Of a stretch of 64,000 nt of DNA, positions 38,026-51,004 are shown one piece after another. The stretch's first letter is position 1. Every line of letters starts with the position of its first letter. Under the pieces are notes generated by a model. The model was not told where the DNA came from and ran no database searches. It saw nothing but the letters and a program-made list of their open reading frames with translations. A program made the position numbers and the translations under genes. Source of the DNA: Diadema antillarum (taxonomy: Eukaryota); assembly GCF_040938485.1 (NCBI RefSeq), contig NW_027271365.1:1550001-1614000 (forward strand), read 5' to 3'.

Positions 38026-41000
38026 ACATACCTACATCAGAAAACAGGTGAAGGATACCAACCCCCTATGCTTCGCCCCAGGTGATTAGCAATAGTCAGT
38101 AAACAGCATCAACTCAGTACATTGTACCATGAAAAGATGAAGGAGATCAATACACTGCAGAATAAAGACTGTGAAAACCTTTGGAATATTGCTGCATTGC
38201 TCCTTTTCGCTGAACTTCCTGAGCACTGCAATATGAAGAGTCTATACTAGAGCTTCACAATATCATCTTTAATATGTGAATTTTGGTACTGCAAATGCTG
38301 CAGACACTTAGCTTTACAGCAAATATGTCAAATGTCCCATTTTATTCAATGAAAGAAACAACAACAAAACTCCATATAAATCTTGAGAAAGCTGCCCCCA
38401 TATGAACTTAACTCTTAATGTGCCAGGCCCAAAACCCCTAACGTGCCAGAGATTTTTAGCCAGTGCTCGGAAGCTCCGAATCTGGATAGACAGGGTAATT
38501 TCAAACTGTCATATCTCTGTAATTACTGCTTGTTTTGAAATGTTGTCTGCACAAAAAATGTGGAGAAATGGTAGTTCTTTCGTGCCATGTCGTCAGTTTG
38601 CAGTAATATTTATCCTAATTTGAAATATTGCTGAAAGAAATCATATCATAAAAAAATTATTAAGAAATTTTGGGTAGCATGAAAAGGAAGAATTAATTGT
38701 GAATTTTCTTCAATAGAACGTGTGTTTGACTCTGTGACAAAGTTTTAGATATACATTTTTTCTTTCGAATGATACCACATTTGTCAACTAGAGTCGTATA
38801 CTTTCAAAGATATTCGCAGTTTGTTTTGCCCATGCAATTTACTTTTTTGACCGAGTAGTTCATTCCCAAACTTTGGTTATTTAGTCCCGGTTCCTCTTTG
38901 AGAGTAAAGGTAATTGTCCCGGGTCTTGGAGGAGAGTCTTTCCACTCTTTTATCCATTTGAGCAGGAAGTGCCAACAGTAATCCCTCTTTTGTTAGTGTG
39001 AGGGGCGAGCGTGCCCTATTGAAATCGGCAGTCCTTTGTCGGTGAGGGGCTCGTTGGCGTGCGAGCCCATGGTCACAGGCGGAGATAATCCGAGGATGCC
39101 TTGAACAATGTGCTACACTTTCGGACCAGAAAATATCTTATTGACAATGCGGCGCATGCCTTCCTTATTATTTCATCAAAAGTCTACGAGTAATCGATCA
39201 ATGGTCAGTTCCTTGTTTTGCGTAGCTACCCACCACCAAAGCGATCGCGGCATGACTAAAGTGTAACCTTAGTAACTTCATAACAACGACGCGTGTTTGG
39301 CTCACAACAAGCGATTTACTCACAGCACCACGAGGACAGCCGCTGAAACCTGCAGTTGAAGCCACGTGCTTGTTGCGCCTAGCGCTGGTTGAAACCAGAT
39401 ACGTGGAACAAAGTGGAATTTGAAAATATAGCACTACACATATCTACATAATCCTCATTCTGAAACGTTCACCAGATTTTGAAGAGCAATCAGACCCTCA
39501 TCTAGGTCTAATATTCCCGCGAACTGTATGCGAACATCGTTTTGTAGGAATATGAAATTCTCAAACTAATTAGTCCATTTCAAAATGAAGGACATAATGG
39601 CACACAGACCAAGAACTACACATCCATATGAAATAAACAAAGGTTACTGATAGTTCATTTGCGTGCACTGCAGTGCGGTGATTCGGGGGGGGGGGGGGGA
39701 GGCGTAAAGAAAGGGAGAGAGTGATTTTTGGTTTGCGTATTTCTGAATATTTCAAAAGATTTTGATCGGTAACAATATCATTGTTTACTGAAATTATTTT
39801 GGAGCTTAGTGAGTTTCATTTTCGTATCGCACCAATATTATGACCATGTGAAAAAATCTATTACTTTGCTTTTTGACGTGATCGGTACATTGGGTGTTGG
39901 GTAACACTTACAAACAGAATATCAGCGATATTAGAGGTATCCCAGAAATTGTACTTCACTTCGGAAAAGTGTTTTGATGCTGGACCTTCGCATGACGGCA
40001 GATTCATTTCCCGACATTTTAACCGCTAACGTCTCACAACCTTAGTAATATCGGAGAAAACTGCAAAATCAGAATGTAAAGTCTAGCACTCATCCGTCGC
40101 GAAAGTCATGCATCCACACATCAAAGAATATGATCAAGTCAAGCACGCATCCTTATGTTTTGAAAAAAAAAAAGAAAATATATATAAAATTGTTAAACAT
40201 TATATGATTAGTATGATCACGTTATTTGAGGTAAAAAAAAAAAAACATGAGGGAAAACATTTGAGGTGCAGTAAAAACTAAAATCTTTCCAACAAAATTA
40301 CCATGATGCAAAATGATAGAAAGAGAGAATCAAAGGACTTCAAAAATCATCGTACCCGTGTAGCAGCTATAAAGAAGAAGGCAATGCTGGTAAGTGGGAT
40401 TGAGCCGCCGGGGCAACAAAATATCAAGCAAAGAAACAAGATGTCAATCAATCAAACAAACAAACAACGAAAAGAAACTACAAACATAAAGACAACCTTT
40501 AGAAACTCTGCTAATGTGGGTTTTTTTGATGTCATTATCTCTCTTTTGAAATTACGTCTCCTTACTCGCTAATCGCTCCTGATTAGTTTACGTTATTCAG
40601 CAGTATAGTCAATACAGCTATCTTCTGTCGGAAGATCTGAGGCGCTTTTCTTATTGCTGCTAATTCTGTTCACTACACGTCTTGTAACTCAGAGTGTCAT
40701 CTTTTTCTCTAGCAGAAACAGTATTTACACTCTATACTGTCGAAGTTCAGTCGTCCCGGTGTAGCGTAGAATGCTAGCTTCATTATTCATACTTTTCTTT
40801 ATCAATTTTTATGATTTCGATCACTGATCGTGCCTTTGCATAAATCAAAGTATGTGCTCTGTCTCCCCCTCTCTTTCTCTCTCCCTCACTCTCTCTTTAT
40901 ATCTTGCCCCTCAACTTCTTCATTTCTGATCGTTGACTTGTTATTCACATTAGGCATAATTGACTGTGAAGTTACGATAATCTCAATGTCAATAGTAATC

Positions 41001-43107
41001 ACTATCGCTGCAAAGGAAGGGGGAAGTTTTCGCCGTCTGGTTCATGAGTTCAATTAGATACGCTCAATGATGATAATAATTATACATAATAAATGAATGC
41101 ATGTACACGCCAAATACAGAATGAGCTGTTTTTCACGTTTGTAGTTCGTATACACCCATGCAATCACTCGTATGCTGTAGGATGCATATAGGATGATGCT
41201 TCATTTCGCTACAAACTGAAGGGTTTCAAGGAATGAATGCAGAACACAGGTGGTACTGAAACTCATATTTTGTTGTGCACAGAAATGAAGCAAAATATGC
41301 TATAGGCAAAGGGAGTCGAAGTAATTCCTGTCAAAGATTAATTTGGAAACGTGTTTTACTGACCTAAAAACTCAAACCATGTTCAATAAAGCGTAGGTGT
41401 CACGCTAGTATATAAGTTTCATTCACAGGCTTCGACTATAACTATCATAGGGCTCTTCTAGTCTTCATAAAACATGTATCGTTTTCTTGCAGCTCCGCGA
41501 TGCTCACTGCATTTGAAAGTCGACCGAAAGAACTCTCACAAAAGGCGAAGTTTGTATATGCTTATACTGCGTTTATTCATGAACTAAAGCTTTCTTTGAA
41601 CATGCAAAATCTTCACAACTTATGCTACCATCAGGGGAGGTCTCTTGAATTCTTGGTTTCTGTTCTGTACGTTGCTCTGATTGACTCTTCTTTCTTGGTA
41701 AAGACCCTATCTGCGCTAATGATAATCATTTCCTATTTTTTCTCACAGTCTGTCGAAATCAGAGGCCTTCCTTGAACACCCTGTCATTACCACATTCTTC
41801 ATACAAGGTACCCCACGTATTTCAAGTACCTGTATACAGCTTGTTGATTTTCTTTTTTTGATAACAATTAGATGCATTACTGACATAATCACTTCTTGAA
41901 AAATGTACACGAAAATCGTTGGTACAATGCATACAGTCAATCCACGTTGCTATAGACATGATGGAGGATGGTTATGGAAATACATGTACGGACCCATCAC
42001 AACAGCCACGTCCCACCGGTATCGAGACAGGAGTAATGCAACTGGAATGGACAGAATTTGAATCTGTTTTGAAAATTGAATAATACAGAGCTAAAAAATG
42101 ATAGTTTGATTTTTTTAAGAACATGTGAATACCTCTAGTATCCAAAATTCACGGAAATGGGTATTGTACTGCCCGCGATCTTCAATTCTGATCTGTGGTA
42201 ACAGCGAGTTCTTCAGATCGGCGACGCTAACATCAAGACGGCGCAGCCTCCCGTGTTGGACAATGATCATGGCTGTTGGCTGTGTCGCGCATGTTCAGAA
42301 CATAATGATCTGCCTGATTAGCGTCCTCTTAGCGTTTGCGAGGCAAATCTTTGGTTCGTGTTTATACCACTGTGTGGTCAAGATGAGAGAGATGAATGGC
42401 AAGTTTTATGATTGAAACTTGTCTGTGTTCTTTCTTTCCTTTTTCTCGCAAAAGCTGATTGCTTTTCTTATAGGCTACAACACGGTATTATGTATCCTGA
42501 AGAAGCTTTGCAAAGCGGAATAAACAAAAAAATCTGACTGCAGCATGAAGGAGAAGCATTTTATGTTCTGCTTTACATGGTACATATTTTGTCCTATACT
42601 ATTATGACAGAGAAGAAGCGCCGTCTTAGGTTATCAAGCGCAGTCGTTATAACATTACTGTCAATATATATATATATATACTTCTATATACATGTCGGTA
42701 GAAAAGATGAAGAAGTAGAATGGTAATGAATTTTGAAAGTCCGAATGTGCTAATAAATAGCACTGTTGGACTGTCAAAATGCATTACCACTCTACTTGTT
42801 TATCTTTTCTTTACTGGTACCAACACGCGGACTATGAGTTTCATAATACATAATCATAATCTATATATATATAGCATACAAGGTGAAGCGGCTTGGCCTC
42901 CTACGTTGTGGGTGCTGCATTATATTCATGTGTAGGTGTGACGGGAAAGACTGCTCGCAGATGTTGCAGTAATGTTCACTAATAGCCTTTTACTCTCCCA
43001 AGCTTTCGACCGAGTTACCAGTCTTTTTCAAGGGCTTGGAACGTAAACACAAAAGCAGAAAAGCAACCAATTTGCATACATTTGAACAGAATAAGGCAAA
43101 ATCGTAT

Positions 43108-43109
43108 AT

Positions 43110-43152
<43 letters not shown>
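43108..43152. repeat. (TA)n microsatellite (more at ~43334-43380 and ~43597-43637)
   Basis: TA dinucleotide runs. Confidence 0.9.
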
Positions 43153-43156
<4 letters not shown>

Positions 43157-43161
43157 CACAA

Positions 43162-43281
43162 CAGTAGGTCAATATAAACTCCGTTGGAGACATAAATTTG
43201 ACGCATTTTCGCCCATAGGGCTTTGTCAAGTCAATACATTTGACACTTTACGTCTCCAACGGAGTTTATATTGACCTACTG
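43162..43281. mobile_element. 120-bp MITE nested in the piggyBac element
   Basis: Perfect 30-bp TIR CAGTAGGTCAATATAAACTCCGTTGGAGAC / GTCTCCAACGGAGTTTATATTGACCTACTG. TA follows on the right (AA on the left). CAGT…ACTG ends suggest Tc1/mariner/pogo. Confidence 0.8.
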
Positions 43282-43332
43282 TAGTGAATCTATACTTTCT
43301 TAGGACTCCGAGAAGAAACTATTTGTTGCTGT

Positions 43333-43370
<38 letters not shown>

Positions 43371-43596
43371 ATATTATACATATAAGAGAGAGAGAGAGAG
43401 AGCGAGGAAGAGAAGGCGCCTCGACCTTGTACAGAACAAGTGTACATGTAGCTACTTCATTATTCATCCAGGGTGAGAAGATAAGGGCATTCACGAACGT
43501 AGTTCAACGAATGTGTGTATACTGTATATACGTGAAACATGTACGTTATCTATACGTCCATGAATGCCTTTATCTTTTCCCACTCTATATATATGA

Positions 43597-43641
<45 letters not shown>

Positions 43642-44451
43642 TGTGTCTTTTAAATCGACATGGTAATGGTTTATTGAAATGAATGTACTTCATTTTATTA
43701 CAATGTTTAGTTCGTTGACATATTTGATGAAACTTAGATTTACTGACTAAAATCAACTGCATGATAATTATAATTTGTCACAATTATTAACGCGTTTGAA
43801 TCTGCTGGGAGAAAAGGTACAATATAACAGGGAAAAGGTAAGGTTGACATTCGCAATTGAATTACTGCCAGTTCAAAACATTCATTCCCAATTATTTTAC
43901 GAGTGTTTACAGACCGATATTCTTGTTTCGACAGGATATTTTCATGTATTTCCATAGTTTGACCAACGAAATACTGACACATGTTTTTCGAATGTAATAG
44001 ACCATGACCAAGGTTGGGTGTCAAGGCCTTCTTTTGTTTGAGGCGGTCTTTCGGTAGGCGCTTTCATCTATGCAAATAAGGCACTCTTATTGTATCCGCG
44101 GTGAGGTGGCGGTGGCCATGAAACATCTATTCACGCGTGCCGCGTCTTTATTATGGGCTAGGTTTTGGAAATAGGCGGTACTCTTTCTTTTCAGGTCTTT
44201 CAAACGAAAGTTTTATTCTAGAGCTATAATAACCTTTGCTTATACGTGATTGGCGAAGGTATCGAACGTTGATAGTTTTAATCCTGCTATTCTATCACCC
44301 GAACTGATCACATTGACTTACATAAGAAGGGGGAAATTGCCAGTGATCATCATTTATCTCGATCTCTCCTGCGATTCAACAACGTTACTGCTTCATAATC
44401 TCTAAATACTCTATCAGTCTCTCCTGAATGAGCTAAAGTGTGCTCGCTTCT

Positions 44452-46299
44452 ATGGCTCCACCGAGAAAACGGCGAAGGCGTGAGTTCACTGCCGAGGAGG
44501 TCCGTGATTTCATGTTGGACTCTGACTTCGAAATCGAGGATATTGTAGATAACAACTGGGAAGAAGACACGCAATCATCTCGTAGCAGTGAAAGCACAGA
44601 AGAACGTGATTCCTCACGTCTTCTCCCGGAGTTTGAAGAGCACGGTGAATCACTGTTTGAAGACTCGTCAGGCGACGAAGCTGATGGAGGTGACGATGAC
44701 CACCTCAATGATCTACCTCCGCCTCATCCAACAACTCATGCTGAACCACTCTCCGATCACGATTGGCGGAGACTTGAGCCTGACGAGCGATTCAAGTCAA
44801 GTCGACGAGTGTATGACGACCAACCCAGACTACTTTTCGACGCTGAAGGATTGGAGCCAGTGGACTTTTTTACGAAGTTCTATCCGACTCCCATCTTTGC
44901 CCACATAGCAGATGAAACGAACAAGTATGCGCAACAATTCTTCGATTGCCCAGCGCCCCTCCCAGAGGCTTCTCGATTCGGCGTATGGCTGGACACCGAT
45001 GAGGAGGAGATACGCGCTTTCACCGCACTTCAAATAGCGATGGGACTGGTGTCAAAGCCATCTGTGCCTCAGTACTGGGAAACGAACTCCGACATCTTAG
45101 TGACTCCTGGGTTTGCCGACGTCATTTCCAGGAATCGATTTCAGCTATTGAACACCTTCCTTCATTTCAATGACAACGAGAAGCTCGTGCCCCGTGGACA
45201 GCCCGGTTTCGACCCCCTTCACAAGACGCGCCCCCTCATCGATATGTCACAGCCGACGTACCTTGAGCATTTCCTTCCCGGGGGATACCTGTCAATCGAC
45301 GAGAGCTTGGCGCCGTTCAAAGGAAGAATCTCCTACAGACAGTACATCCCAAACAAACCACGGAAATGGGGGATAAAATTCTGGATGCTCTGTGACGCCC
45401 AAACGGGATTTTGTCTGCGGTGGCGGCAGTATGTCGGAGCCGAGGGACAAGACAATGGGGACAGCGCCACTGAAGCCCTGGTGAAACAGCTGACGGAGCC
45501 ATTCTACAACACGGATCGCGTGATCGTGATGGACAACTATTATAGTTCCGTAAAGCTCTACGAGGATCTGTCACGGAACGGACTTGGAGCCTGTGGAACG
45601 GTGAGGAGCAACCGACGAGGACTTCCAGAAGAGATCCGACGTGGTGGTCTGCACCTTGCGAAAGGTGACGATCCCGTGTTTTTCGCCAAAGGGAGGGAGA
45701 TGTCAGCAGTGACTTGGCATGACGTGAAACTCGTGAACGTGCTGTCGACCGTCAGCAGCAACGATCTCAAACAGAAGCAGATACGGAGTAAGAACGCCGA
45801 AGGAGGTCGCCGTACGATTCAGAAGCCAGCAACTGTTGACGTGTACAACAGGTTCATGAACGGCGTGGACAAAATGGATCAACGCATGTCCTACTACCGC
45901 TACCCTCATAAGAAAATCAAGGGATACCGCGTAACCTACCACTTCACCATGGAAGTAGCTCTCGTGAACGCTTACATCGCATTTCGCATGGCTGGCCACA
46001 AGATGTCCACGCGCGACTTCAGATGTCGGGTGATTGAGGGTCTGCTGAACGGCTACAGAGCATCTCGCTATCGTCGGACACCGTCACCTCCCATCGCCGA
46101 CAACGAGGCAAGACTGACTGAGCGCCACTTCCCAGCAGAGTTCGAAGATCGACAACATCGTCCTGACTGCTACGTGTGTTCGGACCGCAGGAGGGGAAGG
46201 CGAAGACAGACGAGGACATACTGCCGACAATGTGGACTTGCTATGTGTTGCATCCCGTGTTTCGAGATCTACCACACCAGAAAAGATTTCCGATCATAG
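44452..46299 (+). CDS. piggyBac transposase (PGBD4-like), 615 aa, intact
   Basis: Single uninterrupted ORF (first ATG 44452; the ORF track starts at GTG 44440). Basic NLS-like PPRKRRRR and an acidic N-terminus. Catalytic DDD triad in YLSIDESLAPFKGR, VIVMDNYYSS and MNGVDKMDQ. C-terminal cysteine-rich domain CYVC…YCRQCGLAMCCIPCFEIYHT. Confidence 0.96.
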   Translation: MAPPRKRRRREFTAEEVRDFMLDSDFEIEDIVDNNWEEDTQSSRSSESTEERDSSRLLPEFEEHGESLFEDSSGDEADGGDDDHLNDLPPPHPTTHAEPLSDHDWRRLEPDERFKSSRRVYDDQPRLLFDAEGLEPVDFFTKFYPTPIFAHIADETNKYAQQFFDCPAPLPEASRFGVWLDTDEEEIRAFTALQIAMGLVSKPSVPQYWETNSDILVTPGFADVISRNRFQLLNTFLHFNDNEKLVPRGQPGFDPLHKTRPLIDMSQPTYLEHFLPGGYLSIDESLAPFKGRISYRQYIPNKPRKWGIKFWMLCDAQTGFCLRWRQYVGAEGQDNGDSATEALVKQLTEPFYNTDRVIVMDNYYSSVKLYEDLSRNGLGACGTVRSNRRGLPEEIRRGGLHLAKGDDPVFFAKGREMSAVTWHDVKLVNVLSTVSSNDLKQKQIRSKNAEGGRRTIQKPATVDVYNRFMNGVDKMDQRMSYYRYPHKKIKGYRVTYHFTMEVALVNAYIAFRMAGHKMSTRDFRCRVIEGLLNGYRASRYRRTPSPPIADNEARLTERHFPAEFEDRQHRPDCYVCSDRRRGRRRQTRTYCRQCGLAMCCIPCFEIYHTRKDFRS

Positions 46300-47671
46300 G
46301 TCACAAACACTGAGTCTTCTGATGACATGAACTCTAAACAATGTCATGAACTTGTCGTGTATAGGCCTGTCTACCGTTGCTTATAGAATATACATGTTCA
46401 AATTACAGCTCACAGATGGCAAGCATTTCCAGGTGCATGATTCATTGTAATTACATGGACATTATTGGTTTTACGATCCAAGACTGAGATGTATTGAAGT
46501 ATAATCGCGATATCTGTCTGAACTTCACCCCAAAAGAAACGTTCCGTGTACTCTCACTTGTACTCATTTGCATGTACACAAAACCAGGTGGTTATTGTCT
46601 GTCAAATCGATCCCAATTACCAATGATTATGTCATTAGCCAGGGTAACGTGAAATCTTTAGACATGAATTTCTCTGCCAAGTTATCTCTCATATTACATT
46701 GCCTATTTACAGTGTACACACAATGTATGTACATTTCAATAATGGTGATATTCCCGTAATTGTAAGGATTGGTTATTTATTATCCGTAAGTCTTCGAAAT
46801 AGTAATTAATAGCATTAAAAAAAATCAAATACTGTACAAAGAGATAAACGTTCATATTGATGATATGGTTATACACAAAATATCAATGACAATGTGATAA
46901 TTAATTGAGATGTAGCTCACAAGTTCTTGTATTATCAGAAAAGGTTGATATTATGGGTCAAATCGATCCCCATGAGTAACCAGTGATATGCCAGTGATTG
47001 TGCCACTAGCAAGTTTATTATCAACTTGTACTAGTAATTTATTTTGTATACATACATATGTCCGACAAATTATGAAATTATGGATTTGTGTAGTGCTCAT
47101 TACACTTACAATGTATACTTGTCAGTGGCAATTCTGAATCTCGATGGTATATTGTCGTGTTTATGAATTCAATGGTGTATCTTATCAAACTTTAGATTAT
47201 GTGGGGTTATTTATGTCATTGTGTAATTATTCCTTGGCTCTTCAACAATAAGTAGCCGCTGTCATGATTTTACAGCGAGTTCCACGATCGCATTTGAATA
47301 AGTAATTGTCATATCACCACATATTACATGCATGTAAGTTGTCAATGTAAGAGCAGTGAATTCTTTTCCAGATATCACTAGTCATCGTGTGAATGAGGAA
47401 TTGAAAATAAAGCATTATTCACAGTGACGAGTGAAAGAGATAAACTATACTCATCTGTTTCTTATTTGTAATTTAATCAGCGTTGCTGAGTGTGTAATGT
47501 CAGATCAAAGCTGATCAATTATAGTGAGATTGCAAAACTGAAGTGTATGTAACTACTGAAGGATACTAGTAGTATCTAGAGTTATTGACGAGAGAAGGTG
47601 CAATGTATATTCAGTAACAGGTTGTATATGTGGAGTGAGATCAGTTTGAAGAGAGAATACTATTGCCAGAA

Positions 47672-47674
<3 letters not shown>

Positions 47675-47711
<37 letters not shown>
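47675..47711. repeat. (GA)n microsatellite
   Basis: GA run just upstream of the N gap. Confidence 0.9.
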
Positions 47712-47713
<2 letters not shown>

Positions 47714-47759
47714 TGACGAATGGAAATGGAACTCGACGTTCCAAAAATAGTTATCTATG

Positions 47760-47996
47760 NNNNNNNNNNNNNNNNNNNNNNNNNNNNNNNNNNNNNNNNN
47801 NNNNNNNNNNNNNNNNNNNNNNNNNNNNNNNNNNNNNNNNNNNNNNNNNNNNNNNNNNNNNNNNNNNNNNNNNNNNNNNNNNNNNNNNNNNNNNNNNNNN
47901 NNNNNNNNNNNNNNNNNNNNNNNNNNNNNNNNNNNNNNNNNNNNNNNNNNNNNNNNNNNNNNNNNNNNNNNNNNNNNNNNNNNNNNNNNNNNNNNN
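47760..47996. other. Assembly gap (N run) inside the piggyBac element
   Basis: Continuous Ns. Confidence 0.99.
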
Positions 47997-50900
47997 GGTC
48001 GTCAGTTTCTTCTTCGCCTAAAAACACAAAATCAAATAAACAACCGACAAACAAGACTCAAAAGCACACATACAAACAAAGCAAGAGTATGATTATTAGC
48101 ACACTTAGTTGCATGTAAGGTTGGAAAAGTATAATAAGCGAAGCTGAAAACATGCACAACAAAGGAATTCATCAAATCATACACTCCATGCAAACGTACT
48201 GTACAACAACGTCAACATGTAAGCTAACAGTTTTTATATCCGCATCAAATCATACGAGACGCAAGGTACGAAGAAACAATGCACGAAGCCTTGTACAGCA
48301 ATTCCTCTTTAGAGTATATAGTTCTCCCCCCCCCAAAAAAAAAAAGAGAGAGAGAGAGAAAAAAAAAGAAGAAATGAAATTCGCCAATAGGGTATTAGTA
48401 ACAACAAGAGTTTGAGAGACAAAGCGATTCTGTCAGAAAGAGAGAGAGAGAGAGAGAGAAGGGACAGGTGGATATTGAGGTTAACGTTACAACAATAATT
48501 TGAAGTTATTCATATATCATAGAGAGATATAATAATTTTACCTCGACTTCTTCACTTATTTTGTGAAGTAAAGATTTGAGTTAACGACATTCTTGTATGA
48601 CCAAATTGCACCAATTATTGAATATTGAAAAAGGCTGCGTCTTGATCGTTTGTATGGATAGTACCCCTCCCCCCCCCCAAAAAAAAAAGAACACACACAC
48701 ACATATCAAACAACACACAAACAAGAATCAAGGCAAGTTCCACAACAAAAGGTTTGATTATACGGGTACACTTAGTTCTATCTTAGATTAGAACAAAAAA
48801 GCTAAGCTAAAAAAAGGTCAAAATCACGTTGCACTTTGCACAAATTACGTAAAACAGCGTCAGGTGTCAAGTAAGACAGCCTACAGTACTGTGATCTGTT
48901 GTATTTGCCAAATTTATTCACGAAATTTTGTAGAAGAGGAAGTGCAAGAGAGTTGCTCGCCAAGTATATGAGGAGCTCATTGATACACAACAACAATAAG
49001 AAGAAATAAAGACATATCGCGGTTCGATTCATTGCCCAGAAATGTCAAAAGTAATATCTTTATTTTGTATTTCCGATGGATTTTTCACCGAGTCAAAAAT
49101 CCGTTATAAAACGATCTTCAGAAGTGTAACGTCATAATAATTTGCAGCCCTCGATACGTACGATAACAACAACAGAAATGAAAACACGGCGCACTACGCG
49201 GTGCAGATAGCAATAAGGTTCGTAAGTCCACAGGGTTTTAGTGAGAGTTTAGTCAGTTTGAATGACTTCCGCTATCTTGGAAAGTCCTTCACGTACGTTT
49301 TTGGATTTGATCAATGTCAACATTGGAATTCCTTTTGTTGACTAGTTTTGTTGAGCACTTTACCATTTTGCAAAACATGGGACACTTATCGTCAGAAGAA
49401 AGTACACAATAAACGCATACAAAGGGCCAAAAAGATAGGACATTAGCTATCGCGATGTGTGCTTTGTGAATGTCTATGAATCGTTTACTATGTATACAGT
49501 AGGAGAGCGGATCGTATCACCGAACGCCTTTTTTGTGGCTTTGAATTCAGCACAAAGTGGATGAAATGTCTGCAAAAAATAACACCGGTTATTCACAAAG
49601 TCCTGAAAATACGAATTCAGCAAAAGTACGCAAATTATTCACTCAGGTTTTTGGAGAATAGGCTTCAAGTATATCTTTCTCTCCAAAAATTTAAAAAAAA
49701 ATCAAAAGTTGTCTTTTACAACCGCAAAAAAAAAAATCGCATTATAATTAGGTACATGATTTTCGTAATGGCATAGTCAATGCTTTCACATCTTGTTCTT
49801 GCACCAGAACCACAATTCTTACCCAAGGTTCACTACATGTACCTACTAGTATTCTTACCGAGGGGAGGACAAAGAGAAAAAGAATCGGCTAATGAGGCTC
49901 ATTTTTTTTTCTCACCGCAAAATGTCTAATACGAACATTTTGAATAGTTCCCATGATAAAATCTTGCGATAAATCGACATCTTCTTCTAAATCTGAGGTA
50001 AAATGTGAATTTCTTAACGTTTTTGCATTTTTGTGTTGCATTCTATTTTTGCGGTTTCGGTCCTTATAAACGATTTGTGAGGCCAGTCTACGAGGTCCCG
50101 CGAGTATTGAAGATCGTAAGTACGCAGAAATATGCGTACGAAATTACTATGATGTCGGGCACTACCATACCAGCTGCATTATGTATTCAGTACTTCCCTT
50201 TCTCAAGGTGTGTATATCGAACTCTTTCTAGCGCTAATGATATTATGTAATGACACATTCATACACAAATGGGGACTATACCTGGGTATTTTTATACCCT
50301 TTTCACCTCCCCCTCTTTTTCTACCATTCTGTCTTTAGTCCTAAAGTACGCCAACCTAAATTTCTCCTGGTATTCACTTTCATTTGAACAAGGAGACCGG
50401 CAATGACAGGCTAAAAACAATGACGATCACGTCAACGCAAATTATATGGATGTGCCGTGCGGCTTAGTTCACGAGTCAAGTTTTCGCTTGCTGGTACGCG
50501 TGCATACACAAGGACAAAGGCGTTTTCTTCTTTTGTATCTGATTGTATGTAAGCGTCGGGACGATTACAGTACATCAAACAGACAAAAGGATGAAAGGCT
50601 TGACCGTCAAAATAAAAGCTGACCTTCTCTGAGGGACAAAATGAAAGCATGCTTTCAGCCGTCCCGCAGGACAGCATCCAAGCGGAACAAGACGACTGGA
50701 ACCTCATAGAAAAGACACGCAGACTCAATAGCGTACACACGCGTGGTTTACCAATGAGACTTTTGATTTATACACAGCTCACAGAGGGTGCGCTCACGCC
50801 GAATTTTCCCGGCGCGAAGAAAACATACCTTGTCGAAAAATCATGAATTTACTCTAAAAAATCCTATGTAAGCATACACAAATATTTAGTTCAAACGATA

Positions 50901-51004
50901 GATACACTTATCTGCTATCATTATATATCAATGGCAGTTTCATAGTGCAAGTAATTATGATACCACAAACATTTTAATGAGCAGGAGTTTTCTTGCTCTT
51001 CTTA

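Noticed and set aside
38150-38232. Candidate terminal exon of the PTB gene (…SKGFHSLYSAVY*)
   Set aside because: The GF…AV spacing is suggestive, but the hydrophobic PTB helix pattern is missing and the best acceptor gives the wrong phase.
50432-50740. 102-aa minus-strand ORF with ENAFVLVYAR, resembling a USP C-terminal motif
   Set aside because: No His-box or Cys-box is present upstream, so the single short motif is insufficient. The region is kept only as part of the unassigned cargo.
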